Positions 61,045 through 64,000 of a stretch of DNA of 64,000 nt are shown here, piece after piece. The translations under genes were made by a program, and so were the position numbers. Source of the DNA: Armatimonadota bacterium (GTDB lineage Bacteria; Armatimonadota; HRBIN16); the NCBI GenBank assembly GCA_963677485.1, contig OY781964.1:2528001-2592000 (forward strand), given 5' to 3'. The notes beneath the pieces are model-generated. The model was not told the DNA's origin, made no database searches, and saw only the letters and a program-made list of their open reading frames with translations. The stretch's first letter is position 1; each line of letters starts with the position of its first letter.

Positions 61045-61974
61045 TTACTGGACGGGCTGACCAGTGACTGGATCGTAGACTGGTGCGTTGTTGCAAGAGT
61101 AGGCCTGTTTGCCCCACAGGAAGTTCGCCGGGTTCAGGGTTGTCTCCAGCTTTAAGAACTTGGCATGACCATCGGCGAACACATAGTTGGCTCCGCCGTT
61201 GTGGCGTGATGGGCTAATGTAAGCGATGTGGTGCTGTCCACCTGCGTTGTTGTTCTGCTTGGCGTAGTTGATGGCTCCCAGGGCCTGCGCGAGTGTCAAG
61301 GCATAAACCGGGCCTGTCACACCTTTCTCGCCATCGAACACGGCTCCATTATCACTGACCCCGTTTGTGGGTCGATGGCTTTTGATGGCCGCGCCACCTG
61401 TGGGGCTGCTGTCATTCATGGCTCCAAGCGTATCGGTAATCTCCGCGACCGCGATTACCTCAGCCGGACTGTCGACCGCACTGTTGGTGACCACATTCTG
61501 AGGAATAGCCTCGAACTTTTTGCGGGGCATCAGCAGTTCGTTGGCAATATAGCTCATGCGCCGTGCCTGGACGTCTTGTACACCGGCGGTTTGCGGTGTT
61601 TGCCCGGCGGGAGCATTGCCGCTTGTGAAGTTGGTAGGTGCAAAACCGTGCAGCAGGTGGCTGGGGCATGTCCAAACACCGCTGGCGGAATTCTTCTGTT
61701 TGGTGTAAGGATCAACCAACCCAGTCCACTGAACATAACCGTTGGCGCTGCTGGCCCCGTTGACGTAGTAGTAGGCCATCGGGTAGGTCTCGTCGAAGTC
61801 CTGGGCATACATTGTCACGGCCAGGCCGATTTGTTTCTGGTTGGAAAGGCAGCTTGCCTGCTTCGCCTTTTCGCGTGCCTGGGCAAATACCGGGAACAGG
61901 ATCGCCGCCAGGATCGCGATGATCGCGATCACCACTAGCAGTTCGATCAGGGTGAAGGCGTTTCTCTTGTGCAT
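61045..61974 (-). CDS. Prepilin-type N-terminal cleavage/methylation, DUF1559 protein
   Basis: [32 protein letters not shown] and H-X9-DG ([13 protein letters not shown]). Confidence 0.95.
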   Translation of the reverse strand: MHKRNAFTLIELLVVIAIIAILAAILFPVFAQAREKAKQASCLSNQKQIGLAVTMYAQDFDETYPMAYYYVNGASSANGYVQWTGLVDPYTKQKNSASGVWTCPSHLLHGFAPTNFTSGNAPAGQTPQTAGVQDVQARRMSYIANELLMPRKKFEAIPQNVVTNSAVDSPAEVIAVAEITDTLGAMNDSSPTGGAAIKSHRPTNGVSDNGAVFDGEKGVTGPVYALTLAQALGAINYAKQNNNAGGQHHIAYISPSRHNGGANYVFADGHAKFLKLETTLNPANFLWGKQAYSCNNAPVYDPVTGQPVQ

Positions 61975-62052
61975 CTTAACTCCTCGAAAGCTCATCGTCG
62001 GTCAAAAACTGTCATTGCCTCATGGGCAACAGATACAGCGTATCTAGCCGTT

Positions 62053-62091
62053 GTTATGCAGCAGTTAAGGTCATGTTAGCGTTCCGTTAAG
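62053..62091 (-). promoter_or_regulatory. Pho-box-like array of four 11-bp-spaced (T)TAAC repeats
   Basis: GTTA at 62053, 62064, 62075 and 62086. Confidence 0.6.
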
Positions 62092-62144
62092 GCTGGGATG
62101 TACCATATACAGGAGCCATTCGTGACTAGATAAAGGGGATCCAC

Positions 62145-63101
62145 ATGAAACTGCGTCAAACCATCACCATACTCGCGATCATCGCCTCAAGCAACTTGGC
62201 CGCATGGCTGTTGTTTCGAGAGCAAAAGATCCCGACGCAGTGGATCGGCCCCAGCGCATTTTGTGCTGTGACACTGGGCTCACTGATCATCGCGCTCATC
62301 CTGGCGGGAATACAAACCCGATTGGACCGGCTCCACGAACCGGCAGAACGTCGAGAAACCCCTCCAGACGATAACCCATGGACCGCCCAGGTGATGCTGT
62401 TTGGCGGGAGCGACCGCGAAGCGTTGCAGGCAGACCTGTACACGGCCAGCAAACTGGGTGCCGTGAAAGTCGTCGGGAAAAGCATGGAGCTCACTCCGGC
62501 CTCCGCCGAGGTATTGCCCGACCGAATTCAACGGCTTCTGCAGCCGCTGCAGGGCGGTCAGAAGAGCCACTTTGTCTCCACATATGAACTGATTCGCAGA
62601 AAGGCCGCACGGCAGGCAGGCAAGCAGATCAACTATACGGCCAGCTATGTGATGCCAGTGGGATTGTTCGTCCTGATGATGGGGTTAGCGATTGCCGCTC
62701 CTTTGGGTGAAACCACAAAGCCCCTGGTTACTCTACTGAGCTGGATCATCGCCTCCGCACTGTATTTGTCTATTCACACGCTTACCAGTTGGATGATGTG
62801 GACGGCGAAACCCAGGATTGTGGAGGGCCTAACCGCTGGATACTGCGTCTATGTGGTTGCAATGGCGGCGATGCAGGCCCACTGGCCAGACCTGATGCCG
62901 TTCTGGTTCCTGGGATTTATGGCCTCTGTGCTGGGTGGCATCTGGCCGCTCTGCTGGCGTGTGAAGGGCGCTCACCAGAGTGTACAGATGCAGTGGACGG
63001 CCTATTGGAGCTATCTGCGCAGTGTGGCGGCCAGCAATGACCCGGCGGTGCTGGAACGCCACAAGGCGATGCTCATCGCGCTGCATATGCGCCGGATGTA
63101 G
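62145..63101 (+). CDS. Hypothetical multi-pass membrane protein
   Basis: About 6 hydrophobic segments; RBS AAGGGG. Confidence 0.7.
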   Translation: MKLRQTITILAIIASSNLAAWLLFREQKIPTQWIGPSAFCAVTLGSLIIALILAGIQTRLDRLHEPAERRETPPDDNPWTAQVMLFGGSDREALQADLYTASKLGAVKVVGKSMELTPASAEVLPDRIQRLLQPLQGGQKSHFVSTYELIRRKAARQAGKQINYTASYVMPVGLFVLMMGLAIAAPLGETTKPLVTLLSWIIASALYLSIHTLTSWMMWTAKPRIVEGLTAGYCVYVVAMAAMQAHWPDLMPFWFLGFMASVLGGIWPLCWRVKGAHQSVQMQWTAYWSYLRSVAASNDPAVLERHKAMLIALHMRRM

Positions 63102-63668
63102 GGGCGGTCGGCGGTGTATGCCCTGGGCGTGGAAACCACGCCCCTACACGTCGCGCGTGCCTGTCTGAACCACGGATTACACGGATTACACGGATAGGAA
63201 CGGATGGGACGGTTATATGTCTGAACCACGGATTACACGGATGGCACAGATAGGTTCAGGCGGAGAGGGAGGCCAATCCGGAGATTGGCGTTCCCAGGTG
63301 AATGCCAACCTTGCGCCATTGTATCTCTGCGCCTTTGCGTTAGAATCCCATCCGTGTCATCGAATTCATCCGTGTAATCCGTGGTTCAGACGAATCCTCG
63401 GCGCGGTCTGGCGGATAGCCCAAGCTACTAGCCCACACACCCACGATTAGGGAAAGCCTGCAAGGAGGTTCCGTGTAGATACTGTTATTGACTCGCAAGC
63501 GTTGCCTAAGTCCGGGGCGGTCTGTGCGCAGGCTAGCGGCTACAGACTGCTCAGGACCGCGCCGGTCTGGCGGATAGCCATGATAGATCGGTGTCGGGAA
63601 CAAGACCGGCGCGGTCTATGGACAATGGCGATTGCCAGCGTACCGCCAGACCGCCCCGGACATAGGCA
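63098..63668. repeat. Composite repeat cluster (REP, CACGGAT inverted pair, REPIN-like element)
   Basis: Perfect 25-bp inverted repeat 63219-63243/63367-63391; fold-back at 63502-63668. Confidence 0.88.
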
Positions 63669-63706
63669 TAACCGGATGCCCACGAGGGGCATCCGACGTG
63701 CGGACG

Positions 63707-64000
63707 CTACAACCTGATCTTTAGCAGCCGACCGGTGCAGGCCTTCGGCAGCTTGACTGTCAGCACACCGCGGTGCGCATTCCAGCTCCACTGACACTCA
63801 AACCCCTTGCTGGGGTATATCTGCTCGATGCAGGGCTTCTGGCCAGTGAAGTGCTTGAGGGGCAGCTCCAACACCTCGTCGCCCTTCTCCAGACGCCACA
63901 CGGCCAGGATCGCCTCGGTCTTGGCTTCGTTGATCAGTCCGACGCTGGCTTGGGTTTGGTGCTGGATGCCGGTCATGCCGGTCGGCCAGAAGGGGAAACT
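63707..64000 (-). CDS. C-terminal fragment of a probable GH36 alpha-galactosidase (runs off window end)
   Basis: PFWP.G...ILAVWR...IEQIYP...ARL-like C-terminal pattern. Confidence 0.5.
   Translation of the reverse strand, partial: SFPFWPTGMTGIQHQTQASVGLINEAKTEAILAVWRLEKGDEVLELPLKHFTGQKPCIEQIYPSKGFECQWSWNAHRGVLTVKLPKACTGRLLKIRL

Noticed and set aside
1-64000. tRNA, rRNA or prophage structural genes
   Set aside because: None recognisable by eye; tRNAscan/Infernal were not run

Overview
A GC-rich bacterial chromosomal window, most likely Armatimonadota: it has a DUF1559 prepilin-type gene and IPT/TIG proteins ending in the 'GSHWL...GDADGDN.VNLFDF' dockerin-like tail. Most genes are for carbohydrate scavenging (GH2, GH3, GH36, GH38, GH43-like, two sulfatases, esterases). 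There is also an RND efflux operon, cinA, thpR, an OmpR two-component system, and an rqlH-rqlI-like RecQ/DprA pair whose helicase carries an in-frame amber stop. The intergenic DNA is crowded with several families of modular, nested REP/REPIN-like palindromes. Two IS110-family elements can be delimited to the base. (1) 440-2253 is an IS621-like element whose bridge RNA guides match both its REP target and its own donor junction, and whose circle junction rebuilds a sigma70 promoter. (2) 45252-47459 is an atypical two-gene element inserted at CCT inside a glycosidase signal peptide. Its DEDD recombinase has an extra C-terminal alpha-CTD/HhH-like domain and is coupled to a small OB-fold/SSB-like gene. 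It has no canonical two-loop bridge RNA; instead, divergent promoters appear to drive a target-matching loop and a weaker donor-matching loop separately. Element 2 is the best candidate for an undescribed system. All product calls come from motif recognition only; no database searches were run.
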